This document shows positions 63,564 through 64,000 of a stretch of 64,000 nucleotides of DNA, piece after piece; position 1 is the first letter of the stretch; each line of letters begins with the position of its first letter. Under the pieces are notes generated by a model. It had not been told where the DNA came from, made no database searches, and saw only the letters and a list, made by a program, of their open reading frames with translations. The stretch is from Chiloscyllium plagiosum (lineage: Eukaryota), in the NCBI RefSeq assembly GCF_004010195.1, contig NC_057718.1, positions 51,417,941-51,481,940 of the forward strand. Direction: 5' to 3'. Made by a program: the position numbers and the translations under genes.

Positions 63564-64000
63564 ACAAGGTGGGGGGAGGGGAAATGAGGAAATTGGAGAA
63601 ATCTGAGTTCATCCCTTGTGGTTGGAGGGTTCCTAGGCGGAAGATGAGGTGCTCTTCCTCCACCCGGACCAACCAACCCAACCACCTCGTGGCTCAACAC
63701 TTCAACTCCCCCTTCCACTCCACTAAGGACATGCAGGTCCTTGGACTGCTCCATCGCCAGACCATAGCAACACGACGGCTGGAAGTGCCTCATCTTCCAC
63801 CTAGGAACCCTCCAACCACAAGGGATGAACTCAGATTTCTCCAGTTTCCTCATTTCCCCTCCCCCCACCTTGTTTTAATCCCAACCCTCGAATTCTGCAC
63901 CACCTTCCTAACGTGCAATCTTCTTCCTGACCTCTCCGCCCCCACCCCCACTCCGGCCTATCACCCTCACCTTAACCTCCTTCCACCTATCGCATTTCCA
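63564..64000 (+). mobile_element. PLE endonuclease end/3' UTR with a 5' inverted duplication; runs off the window
   Basis: 63564-63650 is the reverse complement of ~63789-63873; PVAQHFNS-like and LIFHLGTLQPQGMN motifs. Confidence 0.88.

Noticed and set aside
53..63868. Remaining short ORFs (60-140 aa) as host genes
   Set aside because: They are antisense or off-frame translations of repeats or random AT-rich ORFs, with no recognisable domain.

Overview
Repeat-dominated, AT-rich vertebrate genomic DNA with no recognisable host protein-coding gene. The repeat content (HE1-type V-SINEs, CR1 LINEs, a DeuSINE, abundant Penelope-like elements) points to a cartilaginous fish, most likely a shark; this is an inference. 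Main contents: (1) a young 5'-truncated CR1 with an SGNH-esterase ORF1 and an APE-RT ORF2 (18388-22013); (2) a decayed Gmr1-type Ty3/Gypsy provirus with integrase placed before RT, two LTRs and a 4-bp ATAC TSD (48824-53949, minus); (3) about 15 Penelope-like element (PLE) fragments from several families, many with a minimal hammerhead-ribozyme motif, six of them fold-back (inverted) structures; (4) a decayed PIF/Harbinger transposase, RTE and Rex/Babar fragments, a TA-flanked MITE and many nested SINE/LINE insertions; (5) two assembly gaps. The most notable observations are the clustering of PLE truncation/inversion breakpoints immediately 5' of the hammerhead core, the Gmr1 domain order with a SCAN-like capsid segment, and a short locally templated insertion with a 10-bp snap-back inverted end. 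Boundaries of old repeats are approximate and all family names were assigned by eye, without database searches.
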